This document shows positions 49,757 through 59,747 of a stretch of DNA of 64,000 nucleotides, piece after piece. Each line of letters begins with the position of its first letter. Positions within the stretch are counted from its first letter, which is position 1. The stretch comes from a virus, in IMG/VR virus record IMGVR_UViG_3300030090_007211, positions 87,932 through 151,931 of that record. One strand, written 5' to 3'. The notes under the pieces were generated by a model. It did not search any database. It was given only the letters and a program-made list of their open reading frames with translations, and was not told the DNA's origin. A program made the position numbers and the translations under genes.

Positions 49757-52700
49757 CTATTCTTTTATGAAACGCAATGTTCCTTTGCGTTGATTATGAT
49801 CTACTTCTAATAAGTAATATCCTTTACGATATTTTTCTACATTTAAATGGAGAACTTTGTATTCCCCTATAAATCCTTTAGTATAAAGTTTTTGCCCTTT
49901 TGTATTAAAAATAGTTAAATGAGTCACCCCACGTAAGGTTTCTTCTAAATAAAGGTGTAATTCATCTTTTACTGGATTAGGGTTAATACTTAATATGATT
50001 GGTTTATCATACATAATACTTATAGGATTAAATATTTCATTTTTACCATCATAATCGGTTTGTGATAATCTATAATATGATACCCCATTATAAGGATTCT
50101 CGTCAAATATTTTATATGTCATTAAAGTATTAGTATTACCTCCACCAGGAATTTTAGAAACTTTTTCCCAATTTTCACAATCTAAACTCCTTTCAATTTC
50201 AAAATAATCATTATTTACTTGACTAGCAACTACCCATTCTAATTCTACATTACCATTATTTAATTCACCATTAAACGACACTAATGTAATTGGTAGTGCT
50301 GTACCCCCAGTACCACCGAAACCGAATAGACTAAAAGAGGTAAATCCACTTTTTTGTCCATATCCACTTGCAAGTGTTCTGCCGGGTTGTCCAGCAGCTG
50401 GGATAGAAGTGGTAGATTCATATGTTCCCCAATCTGCCCAGGTTGTAGAATTATCATCTCTTTTAATAATCGTAAAATTATCATCTTGCATAAATCCACC
50501 TGACACCCCATTTAAATATAAATTTACACCATAGGTTCCACCAGTAGGTTGATTATTAGGTGTTAATTGCCATTGTTTATCAAATACTTCAATTAAAGGG
50601 CTAGTCATCTGATACGCATTTAAATCATTATAATTTCCTACAGGCATTCCACCAACCGAAGCGTCTATGTACGACACCCCTGTTAAAAAATTATTTATTA
50701 AATCTACTTTATGATAATCATCAGTGGTTGTACCGTTCCCTATAGGGAATTCATAAGTACCAGAACTACTAGCAATATACCTTCTTAAATTACCATTAAT
50801 AAAAGAAGTTGTACTTCCTCCCGCAATTGCACCTGTTGGGGTGGCTTTGGTTATTATTTTATTACTACCTGTAGTTATTACCCCATCTGTTAAAGTAAGA
50901 ATTCCATCGATTTCTAAATCTCCACCACTTAATGTTACCCCATTTGTGTTGGATATAATTAAATTAGAAATACTATAACCATTAGGGTTTATGGTTTGAG
51001 CCGCACCCCCACTCAAAATTAAACTATGAGCATTACTATAAGAGTTAGACCCTAACGTGATATTTTCTCCTACGTTTACTGCAGTGCTTTGAGCATCTAC
51101 TAACTTGATGTCATCCAAACACACATCACTATCCCAATTAGAACCGGTAGTTGCAATAAATCTAAACATAATATTAGATTGATTACCATAGGAGGATAAA
51201 TCAATAAATCCTTGTCTCCAACCTGATCCCATATTTTGGTAGATGACTGCATTAGCACAAACAGAATTACACATAAAAGGTATATTACTAGACCATGTAC
51301 TACCGTTGTCCGTACTAGATTGTAATGCTAAAGTAGCACCAGAGGCACTTTGTAAATTAAACCAAAATATTAAAGTTGGTGAATTTAATGAAGTAAGATT
51401 ATATGGGGGTGACCATAATATGAACTCTTTGGAGGGGAAATTAGGTGTAGAGGCCTCTACATATAGATATTTACCTGTAGAAGTGCCTGGATTATGATCG
51501 GATTGTCCACTAGAGGTAGTACCAGGACCAGTACCTGATGAACCAGTACCTCCCGCATCTGCTCGCCAATCACCATCATCTCCACTTACATTTCTCCATC
51601 CATTAACACTAAATTCAAAACCTGATGTCGATGCACTAGTAGAATGTTGTGTTTCATTTTCAAATGCTGTTTCATAAGGATAAGAAGTTACTAGAACTGC
51701 AGTTTTAATACTCAATGTTCTAGGGGTAGATGTACCTGCCATATTAGTGGCAGTAACACTCATTGACCCATCATTATCATCAGTTTGAACATTTACTGAG
51801 GTAGTACCTTGACCATTTATAATTAACCAACCATTAGGGGCTACCCAAGTATAAGTATCAACATTAGACATAGGACTAACACTATATGTAACTATCTCCC
51901 CTGAATTTGGATAAGTATTACCGCTGATAGCACCAGGAGTAGATGGTGGTGATAATCCTGCCGCTTGACTTATTAAAATATTATCTATATACGACGCATC
52001 ACCACCCATTCCTGTACTCGTATAACCAGTATAATATTTATTACAAGTTTCAAACGCTATAGTGAATGCACTTCCACTATACTGAGATAAATCATAAGTC
52101 ATTGTTTCCCAAGTGTTATTACTTCCATTAAAGTAAGTATTACCATTTATATCAGCAATGGGATTTCCATCTACCGTTACCCTAAACCAAGAGTAGTTAA
52201 CATTATATGTATAAGTTTGTTTTTTATCAAAAGTAAGAGTGACTGTGGGTAAAAGAGGTGCACATATTTCTCTACTTACACTAGCAATGTGTGAAGGAGA
52301 GGATGAAAAAGTTATCGCCCCAGTACTATAAGATGAACTCCACCCTGTATAACTATTACCCTGCATATGTAACCCATATGAACTAGCATTTGCACCTGTG
52401 GCGTCTAAGGCTATTTGGGATCCTGAACCAGTAGTTGCAGTCATTAAAGTGGTTCCACTTTCAAAATCTTGATTATAATCTAATGTAGCACAAGGAGTAG
52501 GTCCTGGACATGCGCCCACTCCTACGTTTTGTGTTCCCCATACTCCCATTGCGATGGTATTACCACCACCGTCAGTACAGTCCCACGATATTTCACTATC
52601 CCAATCTCCGGAAACCCACAATAATTTTATATCGTCTCCAGCGGTTGCTTGAAAAGTAACTGCCTGAGATGATCCTGTGAGTAATTCTAAAAATGCTGCA

Positions 52701-52897
52701 GGAGCACCATTTACTGTGATTGATACACTAGCACCATTCCAACCATCCCCATAAGAATCATATCCTGTGAATGTATGTGTACATTGTGAAAAACTTTGTC
52801 CACTTATTAAAGATATTACTAATAGTAAACCCCACAAATTATTAGTAAATAAATTACTTATTTTTTTTAAAAACTTATTATTCTTCATCTTTTCCAT
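49757..52897 (-). CDS. 1046-aa secreted MAM/PKD-like-domain protein with T9SS sorting domain, paralog of 46004..49606
   Basis: signal peptide; DSYGDGWNG domain; MAM-like; ALPITLVSF...YYRLSQTDYDG; CTD PNPVKD...GYYLL. Confidence 0.85.
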   Translation of the reverse strand: MEKMKNNKFLKKISNLFTNNLWGLLLVISLISGQSFSQCTHTFTGYDSYGDGWNGASVSITVNGAPAAFLELLTGSSQAVTFQATAGDDIKLLWVSGDWDSEISWDCTDGGGNTIAMGVWGTQNVGVGACPGPTPCATLDYNQDFESGTTLMTATTGSGSQIALDATGANASSYGLHMQGNSYTGWSSSYSTGAITFSSSPSHIASVSREICAPLLPTVTLTFDKKQTYTYNVNYSWFRVTVDGNPIADINGNTYFNGSNNTWETMTYDLSQYSGSAFTIAFETCNKYYTGYTSTGMGGDASYIDNILISQAAGLSPPSTPGAISGNTYPNSGEIVTYSVSPMSNVDTYTWVAPNGWLIINGQGTTSVNVQTDDNDGSMSVTATNMAGTSTPRTLSIKTAVLVTSYPYETAFENETQHSTSASTSGFEFSVNGWRNVSGDDGDWRADAGGTGSSGTGPGTTSSGQSDHNPGTSTGKYLYVEASTPNFPSKEFILWSPPYNLTSLNSPTLIFWFNLQSASGATLALQSSTDNGSTWSSNIPFMCNSVCANAVIYQNMGSGWRQGFIDLSSYGNQSNIMFRFIATTGSNWDSDVCLDDIKLVDAQSTAVNVGENITLGSNSYSNAHSLILSGGAAQTINPNGYSISNLIISNTNGVTLSGGDLEIDGILTLTDGVITTGSNKIITKATPTGAIAGGSTTSFINGNLRRYIASSSGTYEFPIGNGTTTDDYHKVDLINNFLTGVSYIDASVGGMPVGNYNDLNAYQMTSPLIEVFDKQWQLTPNNQPTGGTYGVNLYLNGVSGGFMQDDNFTIIKRDDNSTTWADWGTYESTTSIPAAGQPGRTLASGYGQKSGFTSFSLFGFGGTGGTALPITLVSFNGELNNGNVELEWVVASQVNNDYFEIERSLDCENWEKVSKIPGGGNTNTLMTYKIFDENPYNGVSYYRLSQTDYDGKNEIFNPISIMYDKPIILSINPNPVKDELHLYLEETLRGVTHLTIFNTKGQKLYTKGFIGEYKVLHLNVEKYRKGYYLLEVDHNQRKGTLRFIKE

Positions 52898-53174
52898 AAT
52901 TAATCATTGGTATTATTACTGGTTCAACTAAACAATTATCGTCTTTATTTCTTTCCGGTATTGTAAAAAATATTGGTGTCCATAAATCTTTTTTGTCAAT
53001 TGCTAAAATAAAACTTTTTGCAATTTTAACTTCTTTTTGTAATTGTTGGTGTTTTAGAATGTCCGTATATTCTTGTTGAGAAACACCTAATTCTTCGATT
53101 GCTTTACTTTGTGAATAAGCACTAGTGAATATAACTAGACAGACTCCAGCTATATAATATCTTAATTTTTCCAT
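52878..53174 (-). CDS. small secreted protein
   Basis: signal peptide; overlaps the start of the 1046-aa gene. Confidence 0.55.
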   Translation of the reverse strand: MEKLRYYIAGVCLVIFTSAYSQSKAIEELGVSQQEYTDILKHQQLQKEVKIAKSFILAIDKKDLWTPIFFTIPERNKDDNCLVEPVIIPMINYGKDEE

Positions 53175-53191
53175 AACTTTTATTTTTTTAG

Positions 53192-53216
53192 ATATATTTT
53201 CGCACCGAAAATATAT
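53192..53216. repeat. perfect 11-bp inverted repeat in a 5' UTR
   Basis: ATATATTTTCG-CAC-CGAAAATATAT. Confidence 0.8.
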
Positions 53217-53337
53217 TATGTATATATTATATAAGTATAATGATAATATCTAAAAAAATAAAATAATCATCTAATTTTTATACTAAATGATAATTTAACC
53301 CTATAAATCTATTATTTTATCGTTTGAATTGAATCTT

Positions 53338-54483
53338 TTATAATTCAAATGTGAAGTATGTCTCGTTTCCTATATCGTGTTCATTATAGTCTCCTGTACC
53401 AGTACTAAGAACTTCGCCCCAATCTGCTTCACCAGCAAAATCTGATATTGCACTTTCGGCATCAAAATCAAAATAATACTGAATGGCATCCTCTCTGTCC
53501 ATACCATAGTTATCAGTAAAAAATGATAAACCTTCTGTTTCAATATCACTTATCATATCTTCCATATATTTCTCTTTTAATTCTTCTGTGGCAGTTTCTT
53601 CTAAACCATATAGTTTATCTCTAAGGTCTTGAGCTTCTTCCTCCCATCCAGTCATAGCACTTTCTTTGTCGTCTCTCTCGTATTCTTTATCACTTATCTC
53701 TTCTTCTAATTCTTGGTATTCATCGGAAATGAATGCTTCTTCGTCTTCTTCTTCCATTTCTTCTAATAGTTCTCGTAACTCTTCTATTTCACTTTCTAAC
53801 TCCTCAATTTCCTCTTCCAACTCCTCTTTCTTACCTTCATACTCCTCAATGGTATTTTCCATATCCTCCGCATCATAACCCGCCTCCTCAATAATTTCAG
53901 ACTCATCCATGTCCCTTAATCTATTCTCTACATAATCTTCCACAAACTCTTCTATAGCATAGTCATCGGGGGATAGGTATTGTTCTAACCACCATTCTTC
54001 AAAATTATCCAGATATTCCATTTCATCTCTAGCATAAGTTTCTAACGCATCATCTACCTCTATATCTGTACCTATAGCCCATTCGTTATTCTCTAATAGG
54101 TCTCTATAAACCGGTAATTCATAATGTCTATAATCTGCCCTTTCAAACATAAATGGAGGGGTACCTGTTTCTATAGATAATGCCCTTATCTCATCATCAT
54201 AATCTTCAAGCTTAGTAAAATTACTTAAATCAATACTAACTAAATCGTTAAAAGTTTCATCTTCATCATCGGGGTCTCTCCAATGTTGGGTGAAAATATA
54301 AATTAATCTTAATGCTAATTCTTCATCTCCAATATATAAGGGTTCACCTACTAACGCACCCCATACCTCTCCTGGATCTAAAGGGTCAACACCCAATTTA
54401 TTAAGTAAATTAAGCATCTTCCTTTCTTTAGGAGTTATCTTATGCATCTCTGCCTCTTCTTTTATTAATTTAAATAATTTCAT
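53338..54483 (-). CDS. very acidic coiled-coil paralog-family protein with I-x-E leader
   Basis: MKLFKLIKE, KITPKERKML; Glu-rich heptads. Confidence 0.7.
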   Translation of the reverse strand: MKLFKLIKEEAEMHKITPKERKMLNLLNKLGVDPLDPGEVWGALVGEPLYIGDEELALRLIYIFTQHWRDPDDEDETFNDLVSIDLSNFTKLEDYDDEIRALSIETGTPPFMFERADYRHYELPVYRDLLENNEWAIGTDIEVDDALETYARDEMEYLDNFEEWWLEQYLSPDDYAIEEFVEDYVENRLRDMDESEIIEEAGYDAEDMENTIEEYEGKKEELEEEIEELESEIEELRELLEEMEEEDEEAFISDEYQELEEEISDKEYERDDKESAMTGWEEEAQDLRDKLYGLEETATEELKEKYMEDMISDIETEGLSFFTDNYGMDREDAIQYYFDFDAESAISDFAGEADWGEVLSTGTGDYNEHDIGNETYFTFEL

Positions 54484-55641
54484 TTAATAATCTGTTTCAT
54501 ATACATAATAAATATCTCCTTCTTTATCTTTATGCGTTTCCATATATCTAACATCACTTAAAATTTCAAAATCTTTATATTTTACTTCCTGGTCAATTAT
54601 CTTATCTACATCAATATGTAACCATCCTGGTAATAAATCAGGGTCAAACGTACTGCTCGTAGTTCCATATGATGATGAAGATACCCTCAGAGTTCCACCA
54701 AATTGTAAATCCCCTCTACTAGTTTTATCAATATATCCCAACTCCCATAAATAATCGATCAAATTATTTTCTAATCTATCATATATGTCTTCATAAATTC
54801 TTTCTCTTACACTTTCTCGACCTTTTTGTAATATTTTATCTAATTTATTTTCTAAAATAGTAGTATCTTTATCTTCTTCTTCATATTCTTCTATTTTCTC
54901 CTTAGTCTCCATATATTCCTCCCATATTACATCTTCATCATCTAATTCATTAATGATATCTTCATCACTCATTTCAGATTCTAAATGATCTGATTCGTCA
55001 ATCGCAATTAATCTCTTATCAGTATCAGTTACTTCTAACCTATGGATTAATTCTTCTTCACCAATATACTCTACTAACATTCTATCATCAATATATAATC
55101 CTTCAAAATAATCCCTTAATGCATCTTCCGATTCATCTTCATCTCCTATAAAATAATGTGCTTGTCTTACCATATCATAAATTATGGGCATACCATACGT
55201 AGTCTCCTCAGTAGGTATTACCCATAAAGGAGAAACACCCACTAATTCCGAATAAAGTTTAGATTCAGGTGAAATAACTAAATCTCTTTCTTGTTTATAT
55301 AATTGATTTTTATAATTTCCTTCTACATTAAAATTGTTGAAGAATAAATCTCCATAATAATCAACGTCTTTAGGTGATAAATGTAAGGTATCTTTTAAAA
55401 ATTTTACAACTGCCCTAACAATATCTTCATCCACATTAATCATTGCGTCTTCAATATATTTTTTATCTTCATCGTCCCATGTATCGCTAGAGGTTTTTTG
55501 ATTATTAATACCATGACGTACTTGAAGTATTAATGAATATACTTTGGGTAGTGCTTTAGTGTGTAAAAGATTTAGTATTTTTTTATCACTATTACTTAAT
55601 TCTGGATCATTAATATCAGATTCATGAAGAAGTATACGCAT
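54484..55641 (-). CDS. acidic paralog-family protein with L-x-E leader
   Basis: MRILLHE, ELSNSDKKIL, VVKFLKDTL. Confidence 0.7.
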   Translation of the reverse strand: MRILLHESDINDPELSNSDKKILNLLHTKALPKVYSLILQVRHGINNQKTSSDTWDDEDKKYIEDAMINVDEDIVRAVVKFLKDTLHLSPKDVDYYGDLFFNNFNVEGNYKNQLYKQERDLVISPESKLYSELVGVSPLWVIPTEETTYGMPIIYDMVRQAHYFIGDEDESEDALRDYFEGLYIDDRMLVEYIGEEELIHRLEVTDTDKRLIAIDESDHLESEMSDEDIINELDDEDVIWEEYMETKEKIEEYEEEDKDTTILENKLDKILQKGRESVRERIYEDIYDRLENNLIDYLWELGYIDKTSRGDLQFGGTLRVSSSSYGTTSSTFDPDLLPGWLHIDVDKIIDQEVKYKDFEILSDVRYMETHKDKEGDIYYVYETDY

Positions 55642-55721
55642 AAGTTATTTTAATAATAAATATTGATATTTATTTAAATATACTTTATTATTACAATAAT
55701 AATCCATAAAATTATATCACT

Positions 55722-55910
55722 ATGTTAAAAGTAGAAGTTAAAAAAGGAAATATAGAAGCCGCACTCAAAAAACTTAAAAGTAAATTTATAAAAACTAAAG
55801 TTGCGAAGGAATGTAGAGAGCGATCAGAATTCACTAAACCTTCAGTTATAAGAAGAGCAGAAAAAATTAAAGCAAAATATGTTGAGAAAAAGAAAAGAGA
55901 AGATGAATAA
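55722..55910 (+). CDS. rpsU: ribosomal protein bS21
   Basis: NIEAALKKLK.K, R..FTKPSV.RR. Confidence 0.93.
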   Translation: MLKVEVKKGNIEAALKKLKSKFIKTKVAKECRERSEFTKPSVIRRAEKIKAKYVEKKKREDE

Positions 55911-56418
55911 GAGTCTATTAAGTAAGGAAATTATCTCATTAATTAATGAACAGATATGGTTAGAAAATAACGCGTCTTTTTATTACCTACAATTATCTGT
56001 TGAATTTGACCAAGAAGGTTTTGGTGGGATATCTACTTTTTTTAAAAATCAATCCGAGGAAGAAAGAACTCATATGTTAATGTTAGTAGATTATCTTTTA
56101 GAAAAAGATGCAACCCCTCATTTACCACAATATAATTTTATGGAAGAAAAAGAAGAGCCTTTCAACATTTTAAATCATTTTGAAAATTCTTTATCTAATG
56201 AAAGACATGTGACAGATTCCATAAATAAGATAGTTTCTAAATGTAAAGAAGTAGGCGATTATACTACAGAAAATTTTATGCAATGGTTTGTTACTGAACA
56301 AAGAGAAGAAGAATTAAAATTTAAAACTATTATAGATGATTTAACTATAATTGGTGATGATGGTGTAGGATTGTATAAAATTAATAAAGAATTAGGGAAT
56401 TTACCACCAGAAGAATAA
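55903..56418 (+). CDS. ftnA: non-heme ferritin
   Basis: NEQI..E, QSEEERTH, NERHVT, FMQWFVTEQREEE; likely start MNKSLL overlapping the rpsU stop. Confidence 0.92.
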   Translation: MNKSLLSKEIISLINEQIWLENNASFYYLQLSVEFDQEGFGGISTFFKNQSEEERTHMLMLVDYLLEKDATPHLPQYNFMEEKEEPFNILNHFENSLSNERHVTDSINKIVSKCKEVGDYTTENFMQWFVTEQREEELKFKTIIDDLTIIGDDGVGLYKINKELGNLPPEE

Positions 56419-56672
56419 ATTATTCTACTAATACATATATCCATACTATTCCATAGGATATAACAAATTTTATATCCCCAAAAAATCCCCTTTTATTAGA
56501 AATATCCCGATATTTATCATAATAGAAGTCAAAATTATTTTCAAATTCTTCTACTGGGTGTTTACCTAAAAACAATAAACTACTCTCTGTTCCATATTCA
56601 TCACTAAAAATCGGCATATAAGCATTTTTATTTATAAATATTGGATTTTACTGTTATAACCTAGTGGGTGGG

Positions 56673-57173
56673 TTAATTATTTATATAAGGTAGCCAATCG
56701 GAATTTTTACTTATACTTATATTTTTAACAAACTGAATATAAGTGGGTCGATAAGGGGGGTATGTAAGTTCCATACCCGCTTCTTCAGGAGTCATATCAT
56801 TCTTTTTATTATTACAAGTTTTACAACAAGTTACTAAATTTTGCCACACGTTTTTTCCACCTCTAGACTTTGGGATGACATGATCAATAGTTAAATTTCG
56901 TTTTGCCCCACAATATAAACATCTATTTCTATCTCTCCTAAATAAATTATGTCTATTCAAAGTAACTTTCCTAAAAGGTATAGAAATATATTTTAAAAGT
57001 CTAATAATAGTTGGTCTAACATAATTTTTTAATTCAGTAAAAATAGGTTTATTTTTATTAAAAGTGATTACCTCCGCTTTTCCTTTATAGATAAGATTAA
57101 ATGCTCTTTTGAGGTTGGTGATGTTAAGGGGGGTATAATCATTATTCAGTACTAATATACTTTCCATATCCAC
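56673..57173 (-). CDS. HNH endonuclease
   Basis: LVLNNDY.PL, RDRNRCLYCG, TIDHVIPKSRGG, NLVTCCKTCNNKK. Confidence 0.93.
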   Translation of the reverse strand: MDMESILVLNNDYTPLNITNLKRAFNLIYKGKAEVITFNKNKPIFTELKNYVRPTIIRLLKYISIPFRKVTLNRHNLFRRDRNRCLYCGAKRNLTIDHVIPKSRGGKNVWQNLVTCCKTCNNKKNDMTPEEAGMELTYPPYRPTYIQFVKNISISKNSDWLPYINN

Positions 57174-57206
57174 TCTTTAAAAATAAATATGTGACTATCT
57201 AAGAAA

Positions 57207-59381
57207 TCAATCACCAAATCTGTCAGGATCCATTGGATCTAACTCGTCTTCTATTTCTAAATTTTCTGTATCTTCATTAGTGAGATAATGTCCCAGAGGT
57301 CTAGGTGGTTCTAACTCATTGAATCGTGTTGCCAGTTCCCTTAATGCGATTAAATCCCCAATAGTTTCTGGGCGCTCTGTCACTAATTCTTCACCAATTA
57401 TATTTCCTTGACGACCATAAATATTTCTTAATCTTGTTTCCTCTATTTCAGGTGGAACTTCAGTTATCTCATCATCAATAACGTGCTCGATAAAATCGTT
57501 TCCTATATCCATTCCTTCCCTATCAAAGATATAACCAAATTCATTATCAACAGGAACTGCTTCCAACCCGTAAGTTATTTCATTATTTTTAGTAGATAAA
57601 TCTTGAGTAGTTGCTAATAAGGCATTATTTAAAACCATCATATCTTCATAATTTTTTAGTCTAGATTGGTACACCATTTTCAATAAGTTAGTATTGAGAT
57701 GGGTTATTAAGAGTTGGGAAATAACCGTATGATACAAACTAGGTTTTTTATTACACGTAGATAATAATTGTTGTATCCCATAACTTAAACCATTTTTTTC
57801 TACAAAAATTTCAAATGCAGAAGTGCTGTTAATAGTTTTAATAATAAAAACTTTTACCTTACCTTCTTTAATTTTATCTGCATAACCTTGACCTTCATTA
57901 TTTAAACAATTTTTTAATTTTTGTCCTGACCATTGTAACTGACACTCACTGATTATTTCCTTTATTTCTACATTGTCAGGTAACTCTAATCCACTTATAT
58001 CTTGAGGTTGGATTAAAGGTTTATCCATTTCTTTCTTTTTAGCTTCTACCCATTTCATCATATTCTTATGGGTAGGTAAAATAGAAGAATTAGACTCCTC
58101 TAGTGCCTGTGTTAAAATATTTAAAATAAAAAACCCTTCCTTCTTAATTATTCTCTCAATATCATTAACAAAGGTAAGGGTTTGTTGTAGATTCATTTCA
58201 TACTTACCAATAAATCTAGTTATAATAGGATTTTTCCTTATAACCTCATCAATATTATTAACATGTTCTAGAGTAAAATCACAATTATAGAAATTGGGGT
58301 TTACTAATGCCAATAATTTGGTATATGAACCATTTTCTATAATTAATTTCGCCTTATTTATTTGAGTCTTTTTCATTTTCCCCCTAATTAAATTATATGC
58401 ACTCATAAATGTGAGGGGATTAGGTACAGTACCTTTTAATATATCACTCATGGATAAATTTCTCTCACTATATTTGGTAGGAGTTAATGTCCATAATCTA
58501 TCATTTAGATTCGCCCATCTTTCTAATACACCTTGTGGGGGTGTACGATGAGGATCTAACCAATTAACTGCATGATCTTTATCTAATTTTTTATTATGCT
58601 GTTTTGTTCTATATTGATACCTTGCATCCCATACCCTTCTTTTATGGTCAAAAAATTTAATCATTCGGAAATAATGTTTTAGTTCACCATAATACCGAAT
58701 ATACATATCTTTATACTTATCCGTAAAATAAAATCCGAATTGAGACCTATCTAAATGTATAATATTATCACTCAATAATGGTTGTGATAATAATTCCATA
58801 CATGCTTCTACATTACAATAACAATTAAGTTCCTTTTTCTTTTTAAATAATCGTATGGCGGTATGGGCAGGAGTATAAACTGAAGTAACATCCAACTGTT
58901 TAGTTTCCAAAAATTCTTCAAACTCTGTAGTATAATAAAGTGTATTAGTTGATAGGTCGATTCCCACCTGACAACAATTAAGGTCAAACCCTTTTAAAAT
59001 ATAAGTAGGGTTAGATGCTCTATTTCTATTATCTATGGCAGAAATATCAATAATATTATAAAACCCCTCATATCTTACACCAGTAATTCTATAGGTAGTA
59101 TCTCGTTGGTAACCTATTGTACCCCCATAATAACCATCTTCTACAATTAGACTGTCTGAACGTAAAGGTGCACTACTGGATCGTGTCGGACCATCTGGGT
59201 CTTCCTCGATGTAAATATCTAAATCATTAATGGGATACTCTATGTCCCCATATTTCATCCCTAATAAAGTATTAGCAACTGCCCCACCTGCCAAAAACCC
59301 TTCTTTTGGAATGGGGGCAATCTCATTTAATCTACGTAAAATTTGTTCAACAATATTAGACTCTTTTAAAATATTTTCCAT
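57207..59381 (-). CDS. nucleotidyltransferase-like (CCA/poly(A) polymerase head) protein with possible PcfJ-like domain
   Basis: FLAGGAV, NDLDIY, FDLNCCQ; later SGQKLKNCL. Confidence 0.6.
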   Translation of the reverse strand: MENILKESNIVEQILRRLNEIAPIPKEGFLAGGAVANTLLGMKYGDIEYPINDLDIYIEEDPDGPTRSSSAPLRSDSLIVEDGYYGGTIGYQRDTTYRITGVRYEGFYNIIDISAIDNRNRASNPTYILKGFDLNCCQVGIDLSTNTLYYTTEFEEFLETKQLDVTSVYTPAHTAIRLFKKKKELNCYCNVEACMELLSQPLLSDNIIHLDRSQFGFYFTDKYKDMYIRYYGELKHYFRMIKFFDHKRRVWDARYQYRTKQHNKKLDKDHAVNWLDPHRTPPQGVLERWANLNDRLWTLTPTKYSERNLSMSDILKGTVPNPLTFMSAYNLIRGKMKKTQINKAKLIIENGSYTKLLALVNPNFYNCDFTLEHVNNIDEVIRKNPIITRFIGKYEMNLQQTLTFVNDIERIIKKEGFFILNILTQALEESNSSILPTHKNMMKWVEAKKKEMDKPLIQPQDISGLELPDNVEIKEIISECQLQWSGQKLKNCLNNEGQGYADKIKEGKVKVFIIKTINSTSAFEIFVEKNGLSYGIQQLLSTCNKKPSLYHTVISQLLITHLNTNLLKMVYQSRLKNYEDMMVLNNALLATTQDLSTKNNEITYGLEAVPVDNEFGYIFDREGMDIGNDFIEHVIDDEITEVPPEIEETRLRNIYGRQGNIIGEELVTERPETIGDLIALRELATRFNELEPPRPLGHYLTNEDTENLEIEDELDPMDPDRFGD

Positions 59382-59747
59382 CTAAATAGATTTATGGTGT
59401 TATACAATAGTTTTCCCTAAAAAAAGTGGCCCCTCATCTTTATGTTTTAAAATTTGGAAGTGGTTACCCTTATCTTTAATAGTTAAAGTCTTCCCATAAA
59501 AAGATTTATAATTTTTATAAACATATTCGGTTACTTTTTTTGCCACCTCTGGCGACACTTCTTCTTCTTTAGTTACTTTAGTCATTGTTTTCTTTTTTAT
59601 TTTTGTTATAAAGTATATATGCAGGTACCGTAATACCCACTATTATAAGAATGTATTTAATAAATGGGAATATTTCAATTAGTGCGAATAAACTAAATAC
59701 CACTAATATTACCCATAATCCTATTTTAAATATTTTATCTTGATCCA

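Noticed and set aside
56673-57173. HNH as an intron-borne or mobile homing element
   Set aside because: Free-standing gene with its own promoter motif; no interrupted gene or intron structure seen
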